Below, in pieces: positions 38,961-39,966 of a DNA stretch of 39,966 nucleotides. Source of the DNA: Candidatus Saccharimonadota bacterium. GTDB taxonomy: Bacteria; Patescibacteriota; Saccharimonadia; Saccharimonadales; UBA4665. The notes below the pieces were generated by a model. That model saw nothing but the letters and a program-made list of their open reading frames with translations. It was not told the DNA's origin and did no database searches. Position numbers and translations under genes: made by a program. The DNA lies in contig DAHXNJ010000049.1 in the NCBI GenBank assembly GCA_027365445.1, positions 1 to 39,966 on the forward strand, given 5' to 3'. Positions within the stretch are counted from its first letter, which is position 1, and each line of letters opens with the position of its first letter.

Positions 38961-39966
38961 ATGTTAGTAGCAAGGCAGAAGCAACCCGATTTTATGAGAC
39001 GAAAGCAAAGTAAGCGTCTACGCTTCGTAGGAATCTTTGTCTTGTTAGTAATTTTATTAGCTGGGGCAGTTATATATAAGACATCTAATAAAAAAAGTAT
39101 TAACTCAACTAATGTGCCAACAAAATCTAATCAGAAACTAGCAGCAGCTGAATCTGGTTTATTGCCATGGCAGTTAACGTCTCCATTAAGTCGTATGGCC
39201 GTATTTCCTAACGGTAATAATCTAACTATCGTTGGTGGTCTTACTAGTTCAGGCTCGTCAGCTAGTGGAGTTTATGGTCTTAATACATCCAATGGTAATC
39301 TTAGCTTAAGCAGTTCATTATCTACTGGCGTACATGATGCAGCAAGTGCGATGGTAAACGGTAAAATGGTAATATTCGGAGGAGGACAGACTAGTTCAGT
39401 CAATACAGCTCAGACAATATCGGCAACATCGGGTGCTACTAATGTTTCAAAGATGCCTCAGCTACGTTCTGATGCTACTGCTGCAACTATAGGTAATACT
39501 ACTTATATTATTGGTGGTTATAATGGCAATAACGCTGATCCTCAGGTATTAACCACTACTAACGGAAAAACGTTTAATAATTTTGGATCATTACCTTTTC
39601 CAGTCAGATACGCGGCTGCTGCTGCGCTAAACGGTAAAATATATGTATTTGGAGGATTGGGAGTATCGGGTAGTTCATATAATCAGCCGGTCAATGAAGT
39701 ACAGATTATTAATCCAGCCAATCATACTATAAGTTTAGCCTCATGGAAATTACCTATGCCACTAGAAGGAGCTACAGCTGTCGTACTAAATAATGAGATG
39801 TTTTTAGTGGGAGGACAAAGTAATCAAGTTCAAAATATTCAATTAGGTGTAGGAACAACTCAAGTAAAGGGAATCTCTACCACTAATACTAAAACAAGCA
39901 ATAGTATATATGCTGTGAACACTCAAAGTGGCCAGTTCTTGTTAGCCGGTCATTTACAAGTTCCAG
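38961..39966 (+). CDS. Membrane-anchored Kelch-repeat beta-propeller protein; 3' truncated (alternative start 38994)
   Basis: Frame open to window end and absent from the ORF track; RRKQSKRLR plus TM, then repeats IVGGL, IFGGG, IIGGYNG, VFGGLG, LVGGQ with LP..(R)..A spacing. Confidence 0.85.
   Translation, partial: MLVARQKQPDFMRRKQSKRLRFVGIFVLLVILLAGAVIYKTSNKKSINSTNVPTKSNQKLAAAESGLLPWQLTSPLSRMAVFPNGNNLTIVGGLTSSGSSASGVYGLNTSNGNLSLSSSLSTGVHDAASAMVNGKMVIFGGGQTSSVNTAQTISATSGATNVSKMPQLRSDATAATIGNTTYIIGGYNGNNADPQVLTTTNGKTFNNFGSLPFPVRYAAAAALNGKIYVFGGLGVSGSSYNQPVNEVQIINPANHTISLASWKLPMPLEGATAVVLNNEMFLVGGQSNQVQNIQLGVGTTQVKGISTTNTKTSNSIYAVNTQSGQFLLAGHLQVP

Noticed and set aside
1..39966. Alternative genetic code (TGA=Gly, as in Gracilibacteria/Absconditabacteria), tRNA/rRNA genes, IS or prophage
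   Set aside because: Conserved genes are full length under code 11 and TGA ends genes (e.g. 29418, 26496); no cloverleaf, transposase, integrase or phage genes recognised by eye

Overview
AT-rich, gene-dense bacterial chromosome segment using the standard code (TGA acts as stop). Gene content and style suggest a CPR/Patescibacteria organism, most likely Saccharibacteria (inference; no rRNA or ribosomal-protein marker is present), possibly from an acidic habitat. Housekeeping and metabolic genes: class A PBP, metK with a SAM-I riboswitch, TreS, GH13 amylase, typA, ABC transporters, guaB1, msrA. Several genes belong to typically actinobacterial families: WhiB, a PafA/Dop-like ligase, GuaB1, a PimA-like GT4, and a TmsA/BfaA-like reductase next to a Cfa methyltransferase. 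There is also an orphan cytochrome b. The most notable element is a four-gene cluster (6621-11185) of exported Asn/Ser/Thr/Gly-rich proteins. An exactly 75-aa, gap-free repeat occurs once in one gene and three times in another, and four related longer copies occur in a C-terminally anchored protein. All four genes have strong SD sites and the likely major subunit gene is flanked by hairpins. This is a candidate undescribed functional-amyloid or beta-solenoid surface fibre system. A separate SipW-type peptidase plus TasA-like gene pair lies at the left edge. No tRNA, rRNA, CRISPR array or mobile element was recognised.
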